Shown one piece after another: positions 8,069 through 16,927 of a stretch of 35,114 bases of DNA. How positions within the stretch are numbered: position 1 is the stretch's first letter; each line of letters starts with the position of its first letter. The notes under the pieces are model-generated. The model ran no database searches. It had not been told where the DNA came from and worked only from the letters and a program-made list of their open reading frames with translations. The position numbers were made by a program, and so were the translations under genes. The stretch spans positions 1 to 35,114 of the IMG/VR virus record IMGVR_UViG_3300032270_000224; one strand, written 5' to 3'. The DNA comes from a virus (taxonomy: Duplodnaviria; Caudoviricetes).

Positions 8069-8611
8069 CTAGAGATCCTCGGGGATCGGCATGTCAAAGG
8101 TCTTCTTGATGCTGGGCGCCACGCGGTCCATCGTGCCGTCAGGCGTACCTGAGAGCTGCGACTCCTTGATGCGTACCTGCTCGCGGGCGCGGCGATACTC
8201 AATGCGGCGCACCTCGTCAGAAATCTCCTTCGGGCGCTCCATAAGGATCATGCCCTTGCGCTCAATGCTGCCCTTCTCCCAATTGGAGGGCATCCAAGTC
8301 GGGTGGCGGCTGGCGGGCACGGGCTCCCAGCCCTCTCGGGCAAGTTGCACGGTGTAGGCCGGATCTTCCTGATTCCAGATCGTGTGGCGCTTCCACTCGT
8401 AGACCCAGCCCTCTGGAACCATGCCCTTGGGGATGTAGAACTCATCCGTTCCCTCGTCCATGCCGCCATTGTCGTCACGGATCTGGGCGGCGCGCGCTGC
8501 GGCGCGGGCGCGGGGGTCGTCTTCACGCAGTTCTGGCCTCATGGCTGGGCGCTCCGGGGTTGCTGACATGGCCGACTTCTCGGCGATTACACGTTGAAAT
8601 TTGGCATTCAT
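8069..8611 (-). CDS. Conserved phage head-module protein of unknown function
   Basis: 180 aa; YEWKR...EGWEPVP...IERKGMILMERPKE; ATGA overlap with the upstream gene. Confidence 0.7.
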   Translation of the reverse strand: MNAKFQRVIAEKSAMSATPERPAMRPELREDDPRARAAARAAQIRDDNGGMDEGTDEFYIPKGMVPEGWVYEWKRHTIWNQEDPAYTVQLAREGWEPVPASRHPTWMPSNWEKGSIERKGMILMERPKEISDEVRRIEYRRAREQVRIKESQLSGTPDGTMDRVAPSIKKTFDMPIPEDL

Positions 8612-9489
8612 TGCATCCGTCCCTCTTTCTTGAGGAGCATCTTGTTGCGGGCATATTCCTTCTCGGTCATGCCCAAGTCGCGAGCCGTCTCAATCTCGTC
8701 CCGGGTGAGGCGGACCTCGTTGGGGCGGGAGCCAGTCCCGCCGCCGCCGCGAGAGACGGGGGCTGCGGGGGGCGCCGAGCGGCGCTGTGTGACCTTGGCG
8801 GCGCCCGAGGTGGGGTCGTCGTCATAGTCAGTGTTGACGCGCTTGCTAATCTTCAGCGTGTCCTCGATCTGGCCGAAGTAGTCATCGCTGTCGGGCGTGT
8901 ACCCGTCAGCCACGGCGATGTTATGGGCCGCCACCATCTTCTGGTACATGCGCGGGTCCGTCACGCACTGCGGATTGCGCCGCACCCAGTCCGCCGAGCG
9001 GGGGGAAAGCTGAGACGCCAGCTCCTCCACGGGGTCGGAGTGGCGCGGGGGCTCGGGGGCCACGATCTTAGGAGCGTTTTCCATGTGGGAACGGCCCCGC
9101 TCCAGCTCCATGAGCTTGGCGGAGTTCATGCCCATCGTCTCTTGAAGCTCTGCGGCCTTAGTGTAGTCGCCGACAGACATGGCCTCGGAGTAATTGTACT
9201 TGAGGATGTCGTTGTTGCGCTTCACCGTGTCGATGGCGTTCTTGACAAGCTGCAAGTTGGTGTCCTGCACCTCGTTTTTGGCTTCGGCAGCCGAGCTATA
9301 GGCCGCCCGGGCCTGCTTTTCGGCCTCAATACGGGCCGCGCGCTCCTGTTCAAGCTTCATTTTAAGCTCTTGAATGCCCTCTTGGGGTTCAATCTGCTCT
9401 TTTGAAGCGTTTTTAGGCGGATTTTCGACTTCTACGACCTCAATCTCGTCGTTCGCGTCGTCTTCGACCTTGTTTTCAGTGTCTGACAT
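8608..9489 (-). CDS. Putative capsid scaffolding protein
   Basis: Acidic N-terminus, long coiled coil, C-terminal VRLTRDEIETARDLGMTEKEYARNK helix pair; lies between portal and MCP; start ATG 9489 after GAGGAG. Confidence 0.6.
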   Translation of the reverse strand: MSDTENKVEDDANDEIEVVEVENPPKNASKEQIEPQEGIQELKMKLEQERAARIEAEKQARAAYSSAAEAKNEVQDTNLQLVKNAIDTVKRNNDILKYNYSEAMSVGDYTKAAELQETMGMNSAKLMELERGRSHMENAPKIVAPEPPRHSDPVEELASQLSPRSADWVRRNPQCVTDPRMYQKMVAAHNIAVADGYTPDSDDYFGQIEDTLKISKRVNTDYDDDPTSGAAKVTQRRSAPPAAPVSRGGGGTGSRPNEVRLTRDEIETARDLGMTEKEYARNKMLLKKEGRMQ

Positions 9490-9500
9490 GAAATTTCTCC

Positions 9501-9911
9501 TCAATAGACTTCATCGGGATGGGGAACGCGACCTTGAAAGCTCGCGTCGTCAAACATGCGGCACAAGACGCCGTGGACGGTGAGGTTCCACCCGTCACTG
9601 GGGCGAAAGACCAGCCAATCGCCGACATTAATGTCGAGGCCGTCAAACCACTTGCCGTCGCTTTCGACAAAGGCGCTCGGACCCTTTCGAACTACCAACC
9701 CAACTTTGGACTGATAGCGGTCTTCGTCGCGGGTCTTGTCGGTGAGGTAGAAGCCGCCCTTGGTCTTCTCGGGGCGGATGTATACCGCAACAAGCACGCG
9801 AGTATTAAACACCTCAAATTTGCTGAGATCGCCGAGTTCGGCGAGCAGCTTCTCCTTCGGATCAACTTCGTGGCTCATGGCGATGTTGTGGTGTGCAGAT
9901 ACGTTGGACAT
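9501..9911 (-). CDS. GroES/Cpn10-like co-chaperonin
   Basis: RVLV...EKTKGGFYL (mobile loop)...GLVVRKGP...INVGDWLVF matches the Cpn10 pattern. Confidence 0.85.
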   Translation of the reverse strand: MSNVSAHHNIAMSHEVDPKEKLLAELGDLSKFEVFNTRVLVAVYIRPEKTKGGFYLTDKTRDEDRYQSKVGLVVRKGPSAFVESDGKWFDGLDINVGDWLVFRPSDGWNLTVHGVLCRMFDDASFQGRVPHPDEVY

Positions 9912-9925
9912 TTAAACCCCCTCTT

Positions 9926-10138
9926 CTACTGGCCGCGCTCCTCGCGGTTACAGACCGTCGCCGCCTCGTCGCACATATCAAGAGCCATGCGCAGACCGGC
10001 GATTATTCCTACTTGGTGTTTGTAAGTTGGGAAATCAATCGTTGCCAAGCCTGTGGACAGGTTGTCTTTCCGATCTTCCACGGCTGATGCGATTAATTTC
10101 TTCAGTTCGCGCTCGAAGAGCGTGTTGAGCGTAAGCAT
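9926..10138 (-). CDS. Small helical hypothetical protein
   Basis: 70 aa; DFPTYKHQVGIIAGLRMA; RBS AGAGGGG; operon context. Confidence 0.7.
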   Translation of the reverse strand: MLTLNTLFERELKKLIASAVEDRKDNLSTGLATIDFPTYKHQVGIIAGLRMALDMCDEAATVCNREERGQ

Positions 10139-10139
10139 A

Positions 10140-10236
10140 GACCCCTCTTTGCTCCCCCTCGATGTAAGTGGGACGGCTGGTAGAGGGGGTCAAACCAGCC
10201 GTCCCGTTACCCGCAGGCAGTACCGATCTGCCTGCG
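10140..10236 (-). promoter_or_regulatory. Tandem hairpins; the second has an anti-Shine-Dalgarno-like loop
   Basis: CGCAGGCAG/CTGCCTGCG stem (10236-10212) and a perfect 12-bp GGGACGGCTGGT/ACCAGCCGTCCC stem (10205-10170) with loop TTGACCCCCTCT. Confidence 0.6.
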
Positions 10237-10242
10237 AATTGT

Positions 10243-11814
10243 TTACGCCTTGCGCTTCTGGATCTCGGTCTTCTCAAGGCGACCGAGGCCCGAACCGGCG
10301 CCCGCGTCCATGTCTTTGTAGGACTTGTAGACCTTGCCACCGGCCTTGCGGGCCATCGGGGGCATGCCGCCCCCCATGGGGGCAGGCGCGGGCATGGGCA
10401 TTGGCATCGGGGCCGCAGCGCCAGCGGGGGGCATGCCCATGGGAACGGGGATGCCGCCAGCGGGGCGGGGAGGCAGGCCGGGGGGCATGGGAGGCATGCC
10501 GCTATTCATCTGATCGTCAGGCTTGGCGCCGGGGTTGATCACGATGTTGATGTTGGTCTTGCCCTTGCCGCCCTTCTTGGGCTTGTCGCCCAGAGCGCCG
10601 CCGCCAAACTTGGCGGTGCGGGCTTCGGGCTTCACCATCTTCTTGATGAGCGCCTTGTCCTCGGCAACGTCCTCGTGCTTGGCCATGCCGCCATGGGCTT
10701 TTCCAACGGGACGATGGCTATAACGAGATCCACCGTATTCGTTGTCGCGCCGATCAACAGCGCGGGAGGCCCTTTTCAAAGAACCGTAGGTGCCAACGAC
10801 ATCACCGTTCTGGCGGTCGTAGACCTCAAACATTTCTTTTTCAGGCGACATGGTAGGAAGTGGAACACCTTGCTCAGCCTTCATTCCACCTTCAGCATAA
10901 CGCGCTCTTGCAGCGCCGCCCTTCTTGTAGGGCGAGCCGGGGGCGCCAACGCCAAAGTTCATGGCGTTCTTCTGGACGATGCCCATTCGGCTGTCAGGGC
11001 CCATCGCCGCGACCGGAGCGGTGGCGCCGTAGGGGGCAAGTCCGCCATCGGCGTAGTTCTTGGACTTGCCGCGAGTGGGCTTGGACGCCGCGTCCTGCTT
11101 CTTCTCAAGGGCAACTTGCTCGGAGGTGCTCATGCCCTTCTTGCCAGCAGGCATCTCCATGGGGCCATAGTTGACGTTGCCGCCAGCCTTGCGGGCGGTG
11201 CGACCGCCAGCCTTGCGGGTCATCTCCGTCAGCTTGTCCTTCTCCTCCTTGGAGGGGCCTTCGTTCGCCGGGGGCTTGTAGCTGGGGTCCGTCTTGGGCG
11301 AGTAGTCCGGGCTGGGGTTCGGGTTCTTGACCCGGTCCATCATCCCGCCGCCAGCCTTCTTGGCCTTGCCGCCCTTCTTCATGCCCATGGTCGGCCCGAG
11401 CACGTTCTTGATGTAGGCTGCGGGGTTGATGGAGTTCTTGAGGCCGTCAGTGGGTGAGCCGCCCATGGCCTTGCCAGTGCGGCCGCCCTTCTTCATGCCG
11501 CCGATGTGCTTCTTGCCCTCGCGGTCCTCGTTCGCTTCCTTCTGGTCGCGGTTGATGAGGCTGTCGGCAGTGATGGCGCGGCCACCGGACTTGCGGGGCT
11601 TGCGGCCCGCGTGGGTCTCCATCTTCTCGCCAGCGATCTTGCCGCCGCGCTTGAAGCCCTGCTTGGAGATCGGGCGCATGCCAGTCTTCACGTCAGCGTT
11701 CAGCATCGGCGCGGGGGTGAAGTCCGAACTGTCCACCTTCTGGTCCTTCTCGCCCGCCATGCGCTTGGCCTTGCCCCGCATGGCCTCGCGGGCCTTTTTT
11801 GCCATCTCATACAT
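10243..11814 (-). CDS. Low-complexity K/G/M/P-rich protein with ~15 xxxGG motifs (putative internal virion protein)
   Basis: 523 aa; FKRGG, RKSGG, MKKGG x2, RKAGG x3, YADGG, YKKGG, YAEGG, KAHGG, KFGGG and others; AAGGAG RBS. Confidence 0.8.
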   Translation of the reverse strand: MYEMAKKAREAMRGKAKRMAGEKDQKVDSSDFTPAPMLNADVKTGMRPISKQGFKRGGKIAGEKMETHAGRKPRKSGGRAITADSLINRDQKEANEDREGKKHIGGMKKGGRTGKAMGGSPTDGLKNSINPAAYIKNVLGPTMGMKKGGKAKKAGGGMMDRVKNPNPSPDYSPKTDPSYKPPANEGPSKEEKDKLTEMTRKAGGRTARKAGGNVNYGPMEMPAGKKGMSTSEQVALEKKQDAASKPTRGKSKNYADGGLAPYGATAPVAAMGPDSRMGIVQKNAMNFGVGAPGSPYKKGGAARARYAEGGMKAEQGVPLPTMSPEKEMFEVYDRQNGDVVGTYGSLKRASRAVDRRDNEYGGSRYSHRPVGKAHGGMAKHEDVAEDKALIKKMVKPEARTAKFGGGALGDKPKKGGKGKTNINIVINPGAKPDDQMNSGMPPMPPGLPPRPAGGIPVPMGMPPAGAAAPMPMPMPAPAPMGGGMPPMARKAGGKVYKSYKDMDAGAGSGLGRLEKTEIQKRKA

Positions 11815-11877
11815 GCTTTTTCTCCTTGGAGGTTACGGGCGTCCCCGTTGCTGCCTGAATGGATAGCTTGGGCAACA

Positions 11878-14800
11878 TCAAGCTTGCCGGGATACTAACA
11901 TAAGGGCGCGATCCACGACAGAGGCGCTTGTTTTCCCGCCTTTGGAGAACTTGGGGGCCAATTTTATGTCAGGGTTTGCTTGTGCTTGCTCACTGAACCA
12001 TTTTTGAATTGCTTCTACATTTGGCTTTTCAAAATCCCGCGAAGCTACAATGTCACCAGTAGTTGGGTGAGATAGCTCAACAAGCATCGGTTCGCCGCGA
12101 TATTTAGTATTGTGCGATGAAACAATGGTTTTAATTTGTTTATCTGTTGGGATTGTTGCAACCTCAAACCCAATGCCGGGTTTGTTTCTAATTGCACTTG
12201 CATCAGCCATGAACTTGGTCATGGCTTCATGACCTTCCATGCCTTCAGGACCCGTCATCATGTGAACGACATCGCGGTGGTCTACAGCACGATCATTGGC
12301 AAGATAATCCTGCTTCCCTTGCGGGGCGTAAAACTTATCACCAACACGATTGTACCCAGCTTGACTCCGTCCTGAAAAATCCAGCATCTTGCCATTTGGC
12401 AAAACATAACCAGCCTCTGCGATGTTATGCGTAGTGCCGTAAGTCTGTATGGCCTTGTTAGCCAACTCTTGCGCAGCCCCTATTGATTTGGAACTTCCCC
12501 CAATAGGCGGGTTTAGGATGTGCTCGACATCAGGAACATCTTGCGTTTCCCAAGGATGTGTTGCTTTCAGCTCTTCAGGCGTCATGTTCATGCGGCGTGG
12601 AACATTTCTTGCTTCCACTTCACCCGCCGTGTTGTGGTACAGTTTGCTCCGCGCAGGCTCGAACCATTGCACCTTCTCCCGCATTGGAAGATCATTCCAC
12701 GGGATGCTTTTGTCGGGTTCTGTGTATCCAAAATCTTTCAACAATTGAACGAGATCAGGATCAGTTTCAGGTACAGCGGGCCTCTCATAAAGTTTTTTAG
12801 CCATAGGCTCAACTTGAGAACGTTTCCAACCAAAATCTGGGTTGGAGCCGGGGGTAAAACCTTCTAATTCTTGAATATAATGTTGAAGCTCGTGCAAAAT
12901 TGTCTGGCTTTTGTTTGGTCCAGACAAGTCAATTCTTCCATTTCCATAGCTTCCTTCAGAAGGACCAGACAAAGATCTTTCTTCACGAAGCTTTATGTCA
13001 GATGCGTTTGGATATGCCTTGTAGAGGTCGTCATGAACAAACTGACGACCAACAGTATTTGGTCCTTGAGCCATAAGTTCGGCATGCGAACTGACGGGAG
13101 GAAGGGCGCGATAGAATGATTTTTGATCGGGTATTTCAAATCTCCAATGACCATCAGATCCTTGGAACCAACCTGTTTTCCCAATTATTTCGCTGCGGTC
13201 GGCTCCTGCTTTTGCCATTCTTTCTGCAATCGCAAGTTTGCCAAGATCAGCGGTTTTTGCCAACCGTCCAGCAAAAAGAGCCTGCGCCTCCCCCGGCTCC
13301 ATCCCTGCGGCGCCCATGAGCGCGCCCGCGCCGTACTTGGCGACCTTACCGGGGACACCAAGCAGCGACATCGCCATGCCGGGCAGGCTCTTGTCCATCG
13401 CGCTTTCGGTGAAGTCGGAGGCGGCGGCAGGGAGGGCCGTAATGGGGTTCATGTAGAGCGGCAGCGTCTTGGCGCCGTAGGCGGTGTTCGCCAGCGTAGA
13501 CATGCCGGGGGCAACGTCGAAGGGCGCGCGGCCAAGTTCCATGCCTTTGGCGTAGCCACTGTCGAGCGTGACGGGCAGCGTCGGCTTGGCCCCGAGGTGC
13601 GTCATTGATTGGATCTCGGGGCTTTGTTGGGCAACTTGCGCCGCCATTTCCTTGTAGGCCCTGACGCGGTCTGCATCGGTCTCGGCGGGCGGCTCAACTG
13701 CCTTTGGCCTGTTGTCGCGATAGATCGTCAGTGGGCGCGGCTCAAACGTGAAGAACGGCGCCTGCCCCACCGCCTCGCCATCAGCGTGATGCTCGCGCAC
13801 GACGCGCAGGGCGTCGTCAACAGGCGCTTCTGCCGCAGCGTCGTCAGGCATGGTCGCAGCACCAGCCGCACCGGCGCCAGTGCCCGCCAGCATGTTGCGG
13901 ATCGTGATCATGTCGTAAACGGGATGCTCATCGCCCGTCTTCTTGTTCACAATCGTTCCGACTTGCTCGCCCGGATAGACGTTACCCTGCGTCGTCGGCT
14001 TGAGGCGAGGCTCGCTAGTCTCTTTCGGGTATCGAGCGAGATCGACCCCCTTGGGATAGTCGGCACCCAGCGAGTAATAATGCTTGTTGCGGTTCTCGGT
14101 GCTGACGATCATCGGGACGTTTTCATAGCCCTCTGGGGCATTTTTCCAGTCCCAACCGGCGCTTCTCCTGAACAGGTTTGTCATAGTCTTGGTGCTGCCC
14201 TTGCCGGGCGATCCAGTCACGTCAACCTGTTCTGGGTCCGTCATAAATACCGGTTTGCCCTCTGGCGTAACGCCAAGGACAGCACGGGCGGGCTTCTGGC
14301 CGGTAACGGCCTCACCTGTGGCGGCATTGATGTATTCGCCGCCCGGAGGCCGGGCGTCCGCAGGGAACATACGCTGGGGCTTGGGGAACACCTTGTTGCC
14401 GCCACGAAGCGCCGCAAGCGCCTTGGCAACAACGTCGCCGCCGCCAGCATACCCCTCAACCTCGCCGCCCTCGGCGCGCTCAAGCTTGTGGAAGCGCGTC
14501 TCTCCAATGTCCACACCGCCGGTGCGGCCCCATGACGGAGCCTCGCGGCCAAGTGCAAACTGAGCCTTCGGCCCCCAGAAGTGCGTGGCCCCACCAGTAA
14601 TGTCTTCACCCGCCATCGCCGCCTCAAGGGCGTCCCGAGCGTCGGAATACCGCTGGCTCTTGGGCGAGATATTCATGGGGTAGTTCTTGCCCGCCGGGTT
14701 CATCCAAGGCTCAAACTGTCGCTTGGCGAACAGAACGGCCTCGGGGCTTGCGCCATACTTGCCCGAGTTGATCCGGTTGAGGATGACGCTGGCGATGGCC

Positions 14801-16926
14801 CGCGTCTCCTCCGGCGACTTGCCACTGGTCTCCGCCGCGATGGTGCGGATGACGTAGTCGGCCTGTTGCTTGGTCAGCGCCGTGCCGTGGGGCTCCTCGG
14901 GGATGCGGGCCGTCAGCTTGCCCGTCGCCTGATCAATCGCGTCAACGGCTGGCGCAGGGGCTGGCGTGGCAGTGTAAGCAAGAGGTCGAACCGCCGGGCG
15001 CTCCTCCCTCGGCATACCCTGATTGACCATGGGCGGACCTTCGGCGCGAATCAGGCGCAGGGCCGCATCAACTGGAATATTGTCGCGTTGGGCGAGGTTG
15101 TGAGCCTGAAGGATCTCGCCAGCCCTGTCCAACTCGGGGCCGGAGTAGACGCCAGCATTGTGCAGCTTCTCAACGGCGGCGAGGGCGTCTGCGGCGTTGG
15201 GGATCTCAGTCTGCGGGGCTACGTTTTGCGCCAGCGAGACGGCATTGTTGATGGCGGCCTGCGGGGTGGGGAGCGCGAACGCTGCGTCGGGGAGCGTATA
15301 TTTTTGCGGGCTGCTTGTTGGAACTTCCGGCTGTGCATCCGCCCAATTTGTCTTGCCATCAACCAAGACTTGCCCAAAGCCGGGGCTTTCCCGAAAATGT
15401 GGGAGCATCTGCGTCGTCACTTGCTGCCCAGACACGGCCTGCCCAAAGTCATAGGGGCCAATGGTCCGCTCAAGAACGGGTGGGAAATCGTGCGGCTCTA
15501 CCGTGTCGCCGGGGAGCGTCTCAATGCGGCGGATCGCAGGCGCCGGTGCTGGAGCGGGCGCAGCGATCTGCTGGCGCGGCGCAACCTCCGGCGCAGGGCG
15601 ACGAAGCGGCAGCGGCATATCGCGGGCAGGTTCAGACGCCTGAACCTCACGCGCCAAACGCAGGGCCTTGTCGGCCTTGAAGAAGTCAGACGCCACCTCG
15701 GGATCGCCCCAGTTCGTCGGAGACGCCACCTCGCCAGTGGACAGGTAGTCGGGGCCGGAGAACAGGTCGGACAGGAAGCCGCCGCCTGCCAAGTGGTGGC
15801 GGACGGCGTGGAGGGCGGCGTCAACTTCGCCGCCATCAGCGAAGTTGAATTTGGCTCCGCCACGAACGTGGGTCTCGCGGTCGCCGGTCCTGTGTCCGGC
15901 TCCGGCATAAAGCTGGCCCACCAATTCCTTGCGAGAAGGTTGGCGCTCCCGATCCCTGCGCGACGGCGGGACCATTGGTTGTTCCTCGCGGGAGGACGGG
16001 AGCCTGAATTGTGGGGCATCAGGGTTGCGCCCAGTCGTCAGGGGAAGCGAGTAGGACACGTCATAAGATGGCGCCCCGTGCGCACCGGAACGGCTGGCCG
16101 TGGCATTAATGCTTCCCTTGTCTAAGGCCTTGGAAAGTGAAATCGCGTTCTCCGCATCCCATGGGCTGCCAATTTCATTGCTGCGGCGGTAGGACGCGCT
16201 CAGGCCCTCGGGCAAGCGCGCGGTCATCATGGCGTTATAGCCGGGCGTTGAACCGTTCTGGCCGGACATATCGAGCATACCGCTCATTGGCCCAGCATTA
16301 GCCATGACGCCAAATTGGCCGACGCCCCCGGAAGGATCAAAATCCATCGGGTTCGACATACCGGGCTCCAGCGGACGCGGCATGTTAAAGAATAAAGGCA
16401 ACTGCTCTTGTGTTAGCTGGCCTGATTGAGGCCTAACATTCTCTGGTGTGTAGGCGGGTTGGCTAGGATACGCCTCACTGAGACGGGCCATGAGGGCTTC
16501 GTAGGCAGCGTCATCAGCTTTAGTGCGACCACCTTCAGCCATAGTCTCAGGCTGCACCATCTTTGGCGGCGCCAAAGCCAACTGCTGCGCATTTGGAGCG
16601 GAGTTGAACTGCGCAAGGTTGAAGTTGTTTGCTGGCATCATTGAGGCGGGCGGGGTGGCCGCAACGATAGGCGCAATCGCGGCCTCCGCAACAGGCCTTG
16701 CCGCAGCCAGATAAGGCTGCATGGGAGCGGCTGGAACAGAAGCATTTGACACAAGCTGCTTCATATAATTGTTGTAGGAACCGCTTGAAAACGGGTCTGG
16801 AAACATCTTTTGAACTATCTGCCCAGCAAGGCCAAGCTGGGGAAGGCGATAGTTCATGTCATAATATTCAGGCCTTGAGAAGTCGTCTGAATATGTGGCG
16901 CCGCTGTCATATGAGATTTTGGCCAT
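11878..16926 (-). CDS. Large multidomain (polyvalent/ejection-type) protein with SleB-like cell wall hydrolase and LPD23-like HExxH domain
   Basis: Hydrolase_2 pattern RTIAAE...IASVILNR...QFEPW...ITGGATHF...IGETRF (~14488-14865). TGWFQGSDGHWRFEI...LHELQHYIQELEGF...AGEVEARNV (~12540-13280; HELQH at 12880-12894). C-terminal AGYVLPNGKMLDFSG...DHRDV domain. Confidence 0.85.
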   Translation of the reverse strand: MAKISYDSGATYSDDFSRPEYYDMNYRLPQLGLAGQIVQKMFPDPFSSGSYNNYMKQLVSNASVPAAPMQPYLAAARPVAEAAIAPIVAATPPASMMPANNFNLAQFNSAPNAQQLALAPPKMVQPETMAEGGRTKADDAAYEALMARLSEAYPSQPAYTPENVRPQSGQLTQEQLPLFFNMPRPLEPGMSNPMDFDPSGGVGQFGVMANAGPMSGMLDMSGQNGSTPGYNAMMTARLPEGLSASYRRSNEIGSPWDAENAISLSKALDKGSINATASRSGAHGAPSYDVSYSLPLTTGRNPDAPQFRLPSSREEQPMVPPSRRDRERQPSRKELVGQLYAGAGHRTGDRETHVRGGAKFNFADGGEVDAALHAVRHHLAGGGFLSDLFSGPDYLSTGEVASPTNWGDPEVASDFFKADKALRLAREVQASEPARDMPLPLRRPAPEVAPRQQIAAPAPAPAPAIRRIETLPGDTVEPHDFPPVLERTIGPYDFGQAVSGQQVTTQMLPHFRESPGFGQVLVDGKTNWADAQPEVPTSSPQKYTLPDAAFALPTPQAAINNAVSLAQNVAPQTEIPNAADALAAVEKLHNAGVYSGPELDRAGEILQAHNLAQRDNIPVDAALRLIRAEGPPMVNQGMPREERPAVRPLAYTATPAPAPAVDAIDQATGKLTARIPEEPHGTALTKQQADYVIRTIAAETSGKSPEETRAIASVILNRINSGKYGASPEAVLFAKRQFEPWMNPAGKNYPMNISPKSQRYSDARDALEAAMAGEDITGGATHFWGPKAQFALGREAPSWGRTGGVDIGETRFHKLERAEGGEVEGYAGGGDVVAKALAALRGGNKVFPKPQRMFPADARPPGGEYINAATGEAVTGQKPARAVLGVTPEGKPVFMTDPEQVDVTGSPGKGSTKTMTNLFRRSAGWDWKNAPEGYENVPMIVSTENRNKHYYSLGADYPKGVDLARYPKETSEPRLKPTTQGNVYPGEQVGTIVNKKTGDEHPVYDMITIRNMLAGTGAGAAGAATMPDDAAAEAPVDDALRVVREHHADGEAVGQAPFFTFEPRPLTIYRDNRPKAVEPPAETDADRVRAYKEMAAQVAQQSPEIQSMTHLGAKPTLPVTLDSGYAKGMELGRAPFDVAPGMSTLANTAYGAKTLPLYMNPITALPAAASDFTESAMDKSLPGMAMSLLGVPGKVAKYGAGALMGAAGMEPGEAQALFAGRLAKTADLGKLAIAERMAKAGADRSEIIGKTGWFQGSDGHWRFEIPDQKSFYRALPPVSSHAELMAQGPNTVGRQFVHDDLYKAYPNASDIKLREERSLSGPSEGSYGNGRIDLSGPNKSQTILHELQHYIQELEGFTPGSNPDFGWKRSQVEPMAKKLYERPAVPETDPDLVQLLKDFGYTEPDKSIPWNDLPMREKVQWFEPARSKLYHNTAGEVEARNVPRRMNMTPEELKATHPWETQDVPDVEHILNPPIGGSSKSIGAAQELANKAIQTYGTTHNIAEAGYVLPNGKMLDFSGRSQAGYNRVGDKFYAPQGKQDYLANDRAVDHRDVVHMMTGPEGMEGHEAMTKFMADASAIRNKPGIGFEVATIPTDKQIKTIVSSHNTKYRGEPMLVELSHPTTGDIVASRDFEKPNVEAIQKWFSEQAQANPDIKLAPKFSKGGKTSASVVDRALMLVSRQA

Positions 16927-16927
16927 C

